A DNA stretch of 64,000 nt from positions 1,984,001-2,048,000 of the forward strand of contig OZ252244.1 in the NCBI GenBank assembly GCA_965249575.1. Direction: 5' to 3'. Shown piece by piece: positions 48,331 through 58,359 of this stretch (the first letter of the stretch is position 1; each line of letters opens with the position of its first letter). The DNA comes from Gemmatimonadales bacterium. GTDB taxonomy: Bacteria; Gemmatimonadota; Gemmatimonadetes; Gemmatimonadales; GWC2-71-9. The notes below the pieces were generated by a model, which saw only the letters and a program-made list of their open reading frames with translations, was not told the origin of the DNA and made no database searches. The translations under genes were made by a program, and so were the position numbers.

Positions 48331-49670
48331 GCCGTCAGCTCTTTGCACGCGCCCGGCTCGATGAGGCAGGCGCGGGCGGCTATGCCACGAGTTCGGAGGC
48401 GGCGGTTCCTCACGTCGTGGCGTGGAACCTCACGCGCCGATGTAACTTGGAATGCGCCCATTGCTATATCGCCGCGGGACCGGAGGAAACCGGCGCCGGG
48501 GAGCTGTCGACGGAGGAGTGCCTCCGCATCGCGTCGGAGATCATCGATGTCAATCCCTCGCCAATGTTCATTCTTTCCGGCGGCGAGCCGCTATTGCGGG
48601 ACGACCTTGAGACCATAGCCTCCTTCGCCGCCGGGCGGGGCGCCACGGTGGTCGTGGGCACCAACGGGACCCTCCTCACCGATGACCGGATTGCGGCCCT
48701 CAAGGATGCGGGGGTGACCGGCGTAGCGGTTAGCGTCGACTCGCTGGTCGACCGCCGCCACGACCGGTTTCGCCACGGTCCCGGTTCGCTCGCGGCAACC
48801 ACCGCGGCGCTCGAGCGCCTCCGGAACCACCGCCTGGACTTCGTAATTCAGACGACGGCAACCAAAGCCAACCGTCGGGAGCTCGACCAACTGGTCGCTT
48901 GGGCGGCCGACAAGGGCGCCGTCTCCTTCAACCTGTATTTCCTTGTGGCTACCGGCCGCGGCGCGAGGCTGGCCGATCTCGGACCGCACGATTACGAAGC
49001 GATTCTCAGCGAGCTGGTCGACCACCACGAGCGGTACCTCGGCCGAATGATGGTCCGCGCCAAATGCGCCCCGCACTTCATGCGGCTGGTTCACGAGCGG
49101 GCGCCGGACTCACCGGTTTTGAACTACCAGACCCGATGTCCCTGCGGCGTGCAGTACTGCCGCATAACGCCTGACGGGAAGCTCACACCCTGTCCCTATA
49201 TGCCGTCTGTCGCCGGAGACCTGCGGCGGCAGAGCTTCAAATCGGTCTGGTCGGAGTCCTCGTTGTTCCAGGATCTGCGGGGCAAGTCCGTTGGCGGCAA
49301 GTGCGGTCGCTGCGAATACCGGCGGATGTGCGGGGGCTGCCGGGCGCGCGCGCTGGCTTTAGAGGGCGACCACCTCGCCGCCGACCCGTCGTGCGCCTAC
49401 GAGCCGGTGGACGGGGCGGAGCTCGTGACCGTCGGACGTGAAGCGTCGTACGGTAGCCCCGTAGAGCCAAGCCTGCGCTGGACCCCCGAGGCGGAAGCGC
49501 GAATTCGTAAGATCCCGTCGTTCGTCCGAGGCGTGGTCGTCACACGGCTTGAGAGCTACGCGCGCGCGCGAGGGTTGTCCGAAATCACGGTAGACATGAT
49601 GAAAGGCGTGCGAAAATCCATGCCGGTCGATTTCTCGAAACGCCTGCCGTTCTTCTTGCGAGATGACTAG
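48327..49670 (+). CDS. Radical SAM/SPASM protein (AhbC/AhbD/NirJ-like) with C-terminal PCP_red domain
   Basis: WNLTRRCNLECAHCY, SGGEPLLR and SPASM CPCG...PC...CGRC...CGGCRARA...DPSC. Start uncertain: CTG at 48327 overlapping the upstream stop, or the track start at 48243. Confidence 0.88.
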   Translation: MSRQLFARARLDEAGAGGYATSSEAAVPHVVAWNLTRRCNLECAHCYIAAGPEETGAGELSTEECLRIASEIIDVNPSPMFILSGGEPLLRDDLETIASFAAGRGATVVVGTNGTLLTDDRIAALKDAGVTGVAVSVDSLVDRRHDRFRHGPGSLAATTAALERLRNHRLDFVIQTTATKANRRELDQLVAWAADKGAVSFNLYFLVATGRGARLADLGPHDYEAILSELVDHHERYLGRMMVRAKCAPHFMRLVHERAPDSPVLNYQTRCPCGVQYCRITPDGKLTPCPYMPSVAGDLRRQSFKSVWSESSLFQDLRGKSVGGKCGRCEYRRMCGGCRARALALEGDHLAADPSCAYEPVDGAELVTVGREASYGSPVEPSLRWTPEAEARIRKIPSFVRGVVVTRLESYARARGLSEITVDMMKGVRKSMPVDFSKRLPFFLRDD

Positions 49671-51357
49671 CCTAGCCTGGTTCCTCGTTCAAGCCGCCGA
49701 TACCACCGGTGCCTACGGGCATTTCCCGGGAATCGGCGCGCGCGGTGCCGTATGGATCGCCGCAGAAGTCCACCTGATGTTCGCGGCCTTCGTCCTGGGC
49801 GTGCCGATGTTCGCGGTCATTACGGAGTTGATCGGGATAGTCGGCAAGGACTCGAAATACGACAAGTTGTCAAAGGAGTTCACCCGACTTCTGGTGTTTG
49901 CCTACAGCGCGACCGCCCTGTGGGGCGGCATGTTGCTGTTCCTCCTGAGCACGTTGTATCCGGCATTCTGGTCCCACATGTCGAGGGTGTTCAGCCTCTC
50001 GATGTGGATCTACGCCGGGCTTTTCTTCATCGAGTCGTTTACGCTCTACCTCTATTACTACGGGTGGGACCGGTGGAGCGCGGGCCGGGCGAAATGGGTT
50101 CACTGGGGGCTCGGCGTGCTCCTGAACGTGTGGGGCACCATCGTGATGTTTATCGCGAATGGGTGGCTCACTTACATGATGTCCCCGCCGAGCGGGGTCA
50201 CCGCGGAGGGGCTGCCCCCGGACGTGGGGCTCTGGGCGGCGATTGCGAACGCGACCTGGATACCGATCAACATCCACCGCCTGATCGGCAACGCGGTGTT
50301 CGGTGGCGCCATCGTCGCCGCGTACGCAGCCTATCGGTTCCTCGCGGCTAGGACCGACGAGGAGCGCGCGCACTACGATTGGATGGGCTACGTAGGCAAC
50401 CTCATTGCGGTGTCGACCTTCATCGTGCTGCCTTTTGCCGGATACTGGCTGGGCCGGGAGATCTACGAGTTCAACCAGCAGATGGGCATCACGATGATGG
50501 GCGGTTTCATGAGTTGGCTCTGGATCATCCAGGCCGTGCTGATTGGCGTGCTGTTCCTCGCCGCGAACTACTATCTGTGGATCGGCATGGCGCGCATTCC
50601 AGGCGCGGAGCGATTCACACCGTACACCAAGTGGATGCTGCTGGTGCTCATCGTCGGGTGGATCGTGTGGTCGACGCCACACACCATGATCGCGAGCCGA
50701 GCGGAACTGGCGGCGATGGGTGGCTCGCATCATCCGTTTCTGAACATCTTGGGCGTGATGAGTGCCAAGAACACCGCCGTCAATCTCATGATTCTCACGA
50801 CGTTTCTGTCGTTCCTCTTGTATCGGCGCGCGAACACGCGACCGGTGGTGGCGTGGGCCGCGAACGGCACGCGCGTGCAGGCGGCGATGTTCGTGCTTGC
50901 GGCGGCGGTCGTGATGTACTACGGGATCAGGGGGTACTTCGTCGAGGCGATCGTGCGAATCGGGTTCAGCGTTTACCAGGTGGGCGCCGTGCTGGCCTGC
51001 ATTGTGGGGGTGACCGTCATCGACGTGTTCCTGGGGCGCGGGGCGGAGTCCCGCGGCGCGATTCGGTGGGGGCAGATGCCGGAGCGGTCCCAATACGCCC
51101 TGTTCGTACTCGCCGTTACATTTACTTGGCTCATGGGGCTCATGGGCTTCGCCCGCAGCGGCATCAGACAGCATTGGCATATTTGGGAAGTAATGCGCGA
51201 TACCAGCTCCTTCGCCGCAACGCCGGCATTGGGCTACGCGGCAAACATGATCAGCCTCTGTGTGTTCATCTTCCTGTCACTCGTCGCCGTGATCTTCTGG
51301 CTCGGCGGCCTGGCGGAGCGGGTCACGCAACGACCCGCCGCTGTCGCGGGGGACTGA
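49663..51357 (+). CDS. Cytochrome bd-like (CydA-homologous) membrane subunit
   Basis: EVHLMFAAFVLGVP, FFIESFTLYLY, NGWLTYMMSP, NIHRLIGN and MGFARSGIRQHW; many TM helices and no long Q-loop. Confidence 0.8.
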   Translation: MTSLAWFLVQAADTTGAYGHFPGIGARGAVWIAAEVHLMFAAFVLGVPMFAVITELIGIVGKDSKYDKLSKEFTRLLVFAYSATALWGGMLLFLLSTLYPAFWSHMSRVFSLSMWIYAGLFFIESFTLYLYYYGWDRWSAGRAKWVHWGLGVLLNVWGTIVMFIANGWLTYMMSPPSGVTAEGLPPDVGLWAAIANATWIPINIHRLIGNAVFGGAIVAAYAAYRFLAARTDEERAHYDWMGYVGNLIAVSTFIVLPFAGYWLGREIYEFNQQMGITMMGGFMSWLWIIQAVLIGVLFLAANYYLWIGMARIPGAERFTPYTKWMLLVLIVGWIVWSTPHTMIASRAELAAMGGSHHPFLNILGVMSAKNTAVNLMILTTFLSFLLYRRANTRPVVAWAANGTRVQAAMFVLAAAVVMYYGIRGYFVEAIVRIGFSVYQVGAVLACIVGVTVIDVFLGRGAESRGAIRWGQMPERSQYALFVLAVTFTWLMGLMGFARSGIRQHWHIWEVMRDTSSFAATPALGYAANMISLCVFIFLSLVAVIFWLGGLAERVTQRPAAVAGD

Positions 51358-51363
51358 GGTCCG

Positions 51364-52149
51364 ATGTGGCAGACTAACGCCAAGGTACTGTTCGTCACGC
51401 TCGTATCCCTGGGGTTCTTCACCCTCGTGGCGCACATCATCCCGCAGCTCGAGTCGGCCGTCCCAGAGGAGTTGAGCCTCGGGAGCGATGTGACACCGGA
51501 AGCGCTGGCCGAAGCCGGTGGGCTCGTCTTCAACGGCGCGGGCGGGTGCACCGCGTGTCACGGCCTGGGCCAGCGGGCTCCGAACCTCCGCGCTGATCAT
51601 GCCGGTGAGGGGACGATCGGCGTGCGATGCGGCTCACGGGGGCCCGGCAAAGACTGCAAGCAGTATCTGTGGGAGTCGATGACCGAACCCGGCAGTTACC
51701 TCGTGCCCGGGTTCGACAACATCATGCCGGACGTGCGCCGTCAGTTACCGGAGGATCAGATCTGGGCGACCATCGCCTACCTCCAGTCGCTAGGGGGCGA
51801 GATCACCGTCACGGCCGCCGACCTCCCGGCGCCGGGGGCGGAAGCCGCTGCGCCAGCGGCGGGGGCACTCGGGGTGACCGCCACGACCGATCCGCTCGCC
51901 ATCCTACGGGAGAACATCTGCGTGACCTGTCACCAGCTCGGTGGCGAGGGCGCGCCCATCGGACCCCCGTTTGACGGGATCGGCTCGCGACTCACCCGCG
52001 ACGCCATTCGCCAGGGGATTCTCGATCCCAACGCCAGCGCGGCGGTCGGATACGAGCACCTGAAGGGGACCATGCCCGTTTTCTTCGGCGAAAGGCTCAC
52101 CGCCGCGCAGCTGGAAGCGGTGGTCAACTTTCTGGCGGAGCATAAGTGA
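51364..52149 (+). CDS. Membrane-anchored diheme cytochrome c
   Basis: CTACH and CVTCH, each followed by an MP distal Met. Confidence 0.9.
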   Translation: MWQTNAKVLFVTLVSLGFFTLVAHIIPQLESAVPEELSLGSDVTPEALAEAGGLVFNGAGGCTACHGLGQRAPNLRADHAGEGTIGVRCGSRGPGKDCKQYLWESMTEPGSYLVPGFDNIMPDVRRQLPEDQIWATIAYLQSLGGEITVTAADLPAPGAEAAAPAAGALGVTATTDPLAILRENICVTCHQLGGEGAPIGPPFDGIGSRLTRDAIRQGILDPNASAAVGYEHLKGTMPVFFGERLTAAQLEAVVNFLAEHK

Positions 52150-52973
52150 GCGGGCGCCGGTCGATCTGGCGGCGGCTTTGGCCCGAGCATCCGTTCTGGC
52201 AGGCGGTGGTCCTCGTGGTGTTGTCATACGCCTCGTTCAAGTGGGGAGTAGAGTACGTTCCGCCGCTGTTCGGGATGCGCAGTGCTCCGGTACCGCAGAG
52301 TGTGATCATCCAGTTCATGTTCACCGCGCTGGTCGGCATTCTCGTCTACGTGAGCGACAACGAGGAGCGTTGGCGGCGTTTCAAGGAGCCTATCAACGCG
52401 ACGTTGGTCGATGCGGACAAGCGGTGGCTCCGCACGAGTTTTCTCATACTGCTTCCGCTGCTCGTGGGATTCGCGACGTTCGAGCAAACCAGGCCCAAGG
52501 TCTCAGCGCCGGCTCAACTGCGCTCCATCCACCCGGCCCCACCCGGTCAGATCACGTTCCAGGGTTCCGCGATGCAACTGACCGGATTGGAGAACCCGTT
52601 CCGCCACCGGGGCAACATGGACGACCACGTTCGGACCGGGCGGCGCGTGTACTACCAGAATTGTCTGCCGTGCCACGGTGACCTGCTGGACGGGAAAGGG
52701 CATTTCGCACACGGATTCAGCCCTATACCGTTGGGGTTCGACGATCCCGGGACCATCGCGCAGCTCACGGAAGGCTTCGTGTTCTGGCGGGTAGCGAAAG
52801 GCGGGCCCGGGCTCCCGAGAGAAGGGACGCCGTGGAATTCCGCAATGCCGGCGTGGGAGGATTTTCTCACCGAGGACGAGATCTGGTCCGTGATAATCTT
52901 CCTCTACGAGCAGTCCGGTTGGGAGCCTCGTCGCTGGGAGGTGGAGGGAGAAGGGGGCGGGGGCCATGACTAG
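52146..52973 (+). CDS. Three-TM monoheme cytochrome c
   Basis: CLPCH and SAMPAW. Confidence 0.88.
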   Translation: MSGRRSIWRRLWPEHPFWQAVVLVVLSYASFKWGVEYVPPLFGMRSAPVPQSVIIQFMFTALVGILVYVSDNEERWRRFKEPINATLVDADKRWLRTSFLILLPLLVGFATFEQTRPKVSAPAQLRSIHPAPPGQITFQGSAMQLTGLENPFRHRGNMDDHVRTGRRVYYQNCLPCHGDLLDGKGHFAHGFSPIPLGFDDPGTIAQLTEGFVFWRVAKGGPGLPREGTPWNSAMPAWEDFLTEDEIWSVIIFLYEQSGWEPRRWEVEGEGGGGHD

Positions 52974-54528
52974 GGTTCTCCTCCGCAGTCAGCACGCTCG
53001 CTGGGGAGCCGCTGTTTTACTCGCCCTGTGCACGCCGGCTGGACTGTCGGGGCAGGACGTCACGCGCGGCAAGGACCTCTACGACAAATGGTGCGCCGAG
53101 TGCCATGGTGAGAGCGGAGCGGGTGACGGCTCTGCAGCGTCGTACATGCTGCCCCGTCCTCGCGACTTCACCAGGGCGCTCTATCAAATCCGGACCACAG
53201 CGAGCGGGGAGCTGCCGACGGATGACGACATTCGGCGGGTGATCGACGATGGGATGCCCGGCACGGCCATGCCCGCTTGGAAGACGCGCCTCTCATCCTC
53301 TGAGCGGGATGACCTGGTAGAGTATCTCAAGGGCCTGTCGACGTTCTTCAGCGGCCCGGCGCCCACCGCGATTTCACTAGGCAAGGCGCCGCGCGCCAGC
53401 GAGGAGGGCCTCGTCGAGGGCCGCGCGATCTTCGAGCAGCTCGAGTGCTTCAAGTGTCACGGCAATCAGGGACGCGGTGACGGCCAGTCTGCTCCCACCC
53501 TGACGGACGATTGGGACTTCCCGATCTTCGCGGCTGATCTCACGCAGAACTGGCAGTTCAACGGGGGTGGGTCCGCAGAGCAGATCTACACGCGCATGCG
53601 GACGGGCCTCGACGGCACCCCGATGCCGTCCAATAGCGACGTAGTCGATGCCGGCATAATCACCGACGAACAGCTGTGGCGCGTGGCCCACTACGTTCGC
53701 TCATTGTCTCCGGGGGAGGCTCCTCGGGTACGGGAAGTGATTCGAGCGTTCCGTACCGATGGCGCGCTTCCCGCGGGCCCGGACGACAGCATTTGGGCGG
53801 GGATCGAGCCGTTCTACATCCCCCTCGTGGGACAGATCATCGTTGCCCCGAGGTGGTTCGCCCCAGCGGTCTCGGCAATCTGGGTGCGAGCCGTTCACGA
53901 CGGGGCACGCATCAGCCTGCTCCTAAGCTGGAGCGATCGCTCGGCCAGCCCGGATCCGGAGTGGGATGAATGGCTGACGCGCCTAGCAGGGTCAATGACC
54001 GATGTAGACGGTGTGATTCCGGTCGATCAGGGTCCGGACCGGTTCATTGTCCAGCTTCCGAGCGACTTCGATCCCGATGACGCCGAATTGCCATTTTTTC
54101 TCGGTGGCGGCAGCCGGCGTCCGGTGCATCTGTGGCGCTGGACCAGCACGCCGAATCAGCTGGAGGTCGGGTTGGGTGCAGGGCTAGGAACGTTCGAGCC
54201 GGGCGCTGGTGAAAACGAAGTTTCCCACTCTGCTAGGTACGCCGATGGCGAATGGCGGTTGCAGGTGACCCGGAGCCTGGTGGCTTCGGATACCGCCACT
54301 TCCCCAACCTTCCACGAAGGTGCGTCGATTCCGATCGCGTTCTTTGCCGCCGATGGCTCAAACGGTGAAGCGGACGTGCGGGGATCGGTCAGCGCCTGGT
54401 ATTCGATCTACCTCGATGCGCCGACGCCACCGCGAGTATACTTCGCCCCTGTGGTTGCAGTGCTGCTGACCGCGGCGCTGGGGCTCGTGGTCGTGTGGCG
54501 GGCTCAGCGACGCGAGCGAGCGGAATGA
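52966..54528 (+). CDS. Diheme cytochrome c fused to an ethylbenzene-dehydrogenase-gamma-like (EB_dh/DOMON) domain
   Basis: CAECH, PRPRDF and CFKCH; VRAVHDG...LSWSD, VHLWRW, YADGEW...RSL and IAFFAADG; C-terminal TM anchor. Confidence 0.85.
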   Translation: MTRVLLRSQHARWGAAVLLALCTPAGLSGQDVTRGKDLYDKWCAECHGESGAGDGSAASYMLPRPRDFTRALYQIRTTASGELPTDDDIRRVIDDGMPGTAMPAWKTRLSSSERDDLVEYLKGLSTFFSGPAPTAISLGKAPRASEEGLVEGRAIFEQLECFKCHGNQGRGDGQSAPTLTDDWDFPIFAADLTQNWQFNGGGSAEQIYTRMRTGLDGTPMPSNSDVVDAGIITDEQLWRVAHYVRSLSPGEAPRVREVIRAFRTDGALPAGPDDSIWAGIEPFYIPLVGQIIVAPRWFAPAVSAIWVRAVHDGARISLLLSWSDRSASPDPEWDEWLTRLAGSMTDVDGVIPVDQGPDRFIVQLPSDFDPDDAELPFFLGGGSRRPVHLWRWTSTPNQLEVGLGAGLGTFEPGAGENEVSHSARYADGEWRLQVTRSLVASDTATSPTFHEGASIPIAFFAADGSNGEADVRGSVSAWYSIYLDAPTPPRVYFAPVVAVLLTAALGLVVVWRAQRRERAE

Positions 54529-54553
54529 AGACAACGAAGACACCGGAGGAACA

Positions 54554-55288
54554 ATGAAGCGAGTTGTGCTTTTGAGCGTGGTGATGAGCCTCGCATGCGG
54601 CGGCGGCGACGGTGCATCAGGTGGCGATCAGGCGGCGCCAGCCGTTGCACCCCTCGGAACCGGCACTATCACGGGGTTCGTCCAGTTCTCCGGCGTGGCT
54701 CCGGCCAATCCGGCAATTGACATGGCGGAAGAACCAGACTGCAAGGCCAAGCATTCCAACGGGCCGGTGGACCCGCGAGTGGCGGTATCTGATGGCAGAC
54801 TGGGCGGCGCTTTTGTGTACGTGAAGGGCGGCCTGCCCGCTGGTCCATATCCGGCGGCACCGACGGCGGTCCTAGACCAGAATGGCTGTCTCTACAACCC
54901 CAGGGTGTTCGGGGTGATGGCGGGCCAGGAATTCGAGATTCGCAATAGCGATCCGGTGCTGCACAACATCAAGGCGGTTCCAGCGGCGAACCGTGGCTTC
55001 AACATTAGCCAGCCCTCTGAGGGAATGGTGAGCAAGCGGACGTTCAATGCCCCGGAGATCGGGATCCCATTGGAGTGCAGTGTGCATGGTTGGATGAACG
55101 CTCACGTGAGCGTTGTAGAGCACCCGTACTTCAGCACATCCGGCTCTAACGGCTCGTTCTCGATTGGCGGGCTTCCGGCCGGTACGTACGAGCTCGAGGC
55201 CTGGCACCCGGTGCTTGGTGCTCAGACCGCGACAGTCACCGTGGGCGACGACGGGGCCGGCACAGCCGAGTTCACGTTCAGCTCCTGA
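54554..55288 (+). CDS. Lipoprotein with cupredoxin-like and carboxypeptidase-regulatory-like domains
   Basis: Lipobox SLAC; LDQNGC, NSDPVLHN, CSVHGWM and LPAGTYELEAWH. Confidence 0.8.
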   Translation: MKRVVLLSVVMSLACGGGDGASGGDQAAPAVAPLGTGTITGFVQFSGVAPANPAIDMAEEPDCKAKHSNGPVDPRVAVSDGRLGGAFVYVKGGLPAGPYPAAPTAVLDQNGCLYNPRVFGVMAGQEFEIRNSDPVLHNIKAVPAANRGFNISQPSEGMVSKRTFNAPEIGIPLECSVHGWMNAHVSVVEHPYFSTSGSNGSFSIGGLPAGTYELEAWHPVLGAQTATVTVGDDGAGTAEFTFSS

Positions 55289-55299
55289 GGGGGAGGCAA

Positions 55300-55974
55300 A
55301 TGGACTGGATTCTGCCGCACGGGGCCTCGACATATTCGGGCGACATCGACGCTCTCTATTACCTCATACTCTGGATTACGGGCGCGGCGTTTCTGATCGT
55401 CGAGGCGGCGCTCATCTGGTTCGTCATTGCCTATCGGGAGCGCCCGGGTAGAAAGGCGTACTACACACACGGGAGCGTCCGCGCGGAGGTGATCTGGACG
55501 GCGGTACCGGCGGTCGTCGTCGTGGTGATCGGCATCCTGAGTGGCGTCGTCTGGAACCAGGTCAAAGGACGGGACAGTGCGCCGGCCGGCTCACTGGAAA
55601 TCGCGGTAGAGGGCAAGCAGTTCGAGTGGAACGTGACCTATCCTGGGATAGATGGGGCACTGGGTACATCGGACGACTTCACCGTGCGCAACCAGCTTCA
55701 TATCCCAGTCGACCGTCCGGTCAATGTTCAGCTCACCGCGCAGGACGTCATACATTCCTTGTTTATCCCGGTTTTTCGCGTGAAACAGGACGCCGTCCCC
55801 GGGATGCGCATTCCGGTCTGGTTCGAGGCGACCGAAACCGGCGAGCACGAGATCGCATGTGCCGAGCTGTGCGGCTTGGGACATTATCGCATGCGTGCGA
55901 TCGTCACCGTGCACTCGCAGGATGAATACGACGCCTGGCATGCCGAGCGGGCGCAAACTCTGGCTTCACGGTAA
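55300..55974 (+). CDS. coxB: Cytochrome c oxidase subunit II (CuA, no fused cytochrome c)
   Basis: EVIWTAVP, DVIHS, KQDAVPG and CAELCGLGHYRM. Confidence 0.95.
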   Translation: MDWILPHGASTYSGDIDALYYLILWITGAAFLIVEAALIWFVIAYRERPGRKAYYTHGSVRAEVIWTAVPAVVVVVIGILSGVVWNQVKGRDSAPAGSLEIAVEGKQFEWNVTYPGIDGALGTSDDFTVRNQLHIPVDRPVNVQLTAQDVIHSLFIPVFRVKQDAVPGMRIPVWFEATETGEHEIACAELCGLGHYRMRAIVTVHSQDEYDAWHAERAQTLASR

Positions 55975-55984
55975 AGGGCGAGAC

Positions 55985-57745
55985 ATGGCGACGACAGCGG
56001 CGGCGGTCGAAACTGCGACCCATGTAGACGACCGTTCGTTCACCCAGAAGTACATCTTCTCGACCGATCACAAGATCATCGGGATCCAGTTCCTGATCGC
56101 GAGCCTGTTCGGCCTCCTCATTGGGGGCGTGCTGGCCATGGGAATCCGGTGGCAGGTCGGTTTTCCGGGCGAACCGATGCCCGGCGCCGCGATCCTGCCG
56201 GAGACTATGGCGCCCGGCGGCGTGCTGCTCCCCGAGTTCTACGCCTCGCTGGTGACCATGCATGGAACGTTCATGGTGTTCTTCGCGATCATGCCGCTCC
56301 TCGTGGGAGTGTACGCGAACTACCTGATCCCACTCAAGATCGGCGCGCCGGACATGGCTTTCCCACGAATCAACATGGCGTCCTTCTGGATCGCGGTGCC
56401 GGCACTGGCGATCATGCTCGCGGGGTTCTTCGTTGAGGGCGGACACTCGGGAGCGGGATGGACGGTCTACGCGCCGCTCAGCGCCAAGCCCGAATACTCG
56501 GGAGTGAGCGACGGGCAGGTTCTCTGGCTCGTGAGCATAGCGGTCCTGGGTCTCTCTTCCATACTGGGGTCGACGAACTACATCGCCACGATCATCAACA
56601 TGCGTGCGCCTGGGATGACGTGGTTCCGTATGCCCCTCAGCATCTGGTCGTTGTTCGTTACCGCGGTCCTGGTCCTGCTGGCGATCCCCATCCTTTCGGG
56701 GGCGGCCATCATGCTGCTGTTCGACCAGACGATCGGGACCCATTTCTTCGATGTCGCCGAGGGTGGGCAGCCGCTGCTGTGGCAGCACCTCTTCTGGTTT
56801 TTCGGACATCCCGAGGTGTACATCCTCATCCTTCCAGCCATGGGCATGGTATCCGACATCCTCGCAAACGGCGCGCGGAAACCGATATTCGGGTACCACT
56901 CCATGGTCTACGCAATCATCGGGATCGGTTTCCTGGGCTGGATCGTATGGGGGCACCACATGTTCCAGAGTGGGATGAACCCCACGCTGGGCATGACGTT
57001 CATGATCTCCACAATGCTCATTGCGGTCCCGTCGGCGATCAAGACCTTCAACTGGCTCGGGACGATCTGGCGGGGGAACATCCGGCTCCACGTTCCCATG
57101 CTCCACGCTCTCGCGTTCGTGGCGATGTTCGTGATCGGCGGGCTGAGCGGCGTCTTCATGGCGTCGACGCCGGTCGACATCTACATCCACGACACCTACT
57201 TCATCGTGGCGCACTTGCATTATGTGTTGTTCGGGGGGAGCCTGTTCGCGCTGTTCGGCGCGATCACCTTCTGGTATCCGAAGATGTTCGGGCGCATGAT
57301 GAACACCTTCTGGGGCAAGGCCCATTTCTGGCTCACGTTCATCACGTACAATCTGGTGTTCTTCCCGATGCATGGGCTCGGCTTGCAGGGACACATGCGC
57401 CGGATCTACGACCCGACGCAATATGAGTTTCTTCAGCCACTCCAGCCGCTCAACGAGTTCATTTCGATGTCGGCCTTCGCGCTCTTTGCGGTTCAGGTGA
57501 TATTCGCGCTGAACTTCATCTTGAGCTGGTTTTTCGGGAAGAAGGCGGAGGAGAACCCGTGGGACGACACGGGCCTCGAGTGGTCGACGCCGTCGCCGCC
57601 GCCCCACGGCAATTTCCCGACGACACCTCACGTGTATCACCCGCCGTACGAATTCAGTTCACCACTGGTCGAGGAGGACTACTTGCCCCAGGATCGGCGA
57701 CTCGATGCCAGCCCGCAGCCCGCCGCCGGCCAGGTGGGCGGGTGA
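55985..57745 (+). CDS. coxA: Cytochrome c oxidase subunit I, type A1
   Basis: DHKIIG, TMHG, PDMAFPR (D channel), WFFGHPEVY, WGHH, IAVPSAIK (K channel), HDTYFIVAHLHY and MRR. Confidence 0.96.
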   Translation: MATTAAAVETATHVDDRSFTQKYIFSTDHKIIGIQFLIASLFGLLIGGVLAMGIRWQVGFPGEPMPGAAILPETMAPGGVLLPEFYASLVTMHGTFMVFFAIMPLLVGVYANYLIPLKIGAPDMAFPRINMASFWIAVPALAIMLAGFFVEGGHSGAGWTVYAPLSAKPEYSGVSDGQVLWLVSIAVLGLSSILGSTNYIATIINMRAPGMTWFRMPLSIWSLFVTAVLVLLAIPILSGAAIMLLFDQTIGTHFFDVAEGGQPLLWQHLFWFFGHPEVYILILPAMGMVSDILANGARKPIFGYHSMVYAIIGIGFLGWIVWGHHMFQSGMNPTLGMTFMISTMLIAVPSAIKTFNWLGTIWRGNIRLHVPMLHALAFVAMFVIGGLSGVFMASTPVDIYIHDTYFIVAHLHYVLFGGSLFALFGAITFWYPKMFGRMMNTFWGKAHFWLTFITYNLVFFPMHGLGLQGHMRRIYDPTQYEFLQPLQPLNEFISMSAFALFAVQVIFALNFILSWFFGKKAEENPWDDTGLEWSTPSPPPHGNFPTTPHVYHPPYEFSSPLVEEDYLPQDRRLDASPQPAAGQVGG

Positions 57746-58356
57746 TGGCCGCACATCCGGCCGCCGCCGCGGTTATGGAGCCCCCGACCAACGTCGAGAC
57801 GGGCTCCGGGGTCTATAACGAGAAGCTGGGCATGTGGGTGTTCCTCGGCTCCGAGGTGATGTTCTTCACCGCCCTCATCGGCTCCTACATCATTCTGCGG
57901 TTCGGCAATCCGCAGGCATGGGGCCAGCCGGGGGAAGTGCTGAACATCCCGGTCACAGCCGTAAACACCTTTCTGCTCATTTGCAGCAGCGTGACGATGG
58001 TCAAGGCGTTTGCCGCGGCCCAGGACGGTTACCCCAAGGCACTTCGATGGTGGCTCGTGGCGACCGTGCTCATCGGGGCGACGTTCGTGGGCGTCCAGAT
58101 CTACGAGTACAGCGAATTGATCCATCACGGGTTTTTGGTCAGCTCGGGGCTCTATGGGTCGACGTTTTACACGATGACCGGCTTCCACGGGTTCCACGTG
58201 TCGATGGGTGTGGTCTGCATGATGTTCGTTACGTGGAAGGCATTCCGGGGCAAGTACACGGTCTCGGACCACCGGGGGGTGGAGGTCATCGGCCTGTACT
58301 GGCACTTCGTCGATCTGGTGTGGATCATCCTTTTCACGATCGTCTATCTGATCTGA
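57745..58356 (+). CDS. coxC: Cytochrome c oxidase subunit III
   Basis: GMWVFLGSEVMFF, TGFHGFHV and YWHFVDLVW. Confidence 0.95.
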   Translation: MAAHPAAAAVMEPPTNVETGSGVYNEKLGMWVFLGSEVMFFTALIGSYIILRFGNPQAWGQPGEVLNIPVTAVNTFLLICSSVTMVKAFAAAQDGYPKALRWWLVATVLIGATFVGVQIYEYSELIHHGFLVSSGLYGSTFYTMTGFHGFHVSMGVVCMMFVTWKAFRGKYTVSDHRGVEVIGLYWHFVDLVWIILFTIVYLI

Positions 58357-58359
58357 TCG

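Noticed and set aside
45459..49670. Photosynthesis genes inferred from PCP_red domains
   Set aside because: No BchN/BchB catalytic domains, BchL or puf genes; only the small C-terminal module is present.
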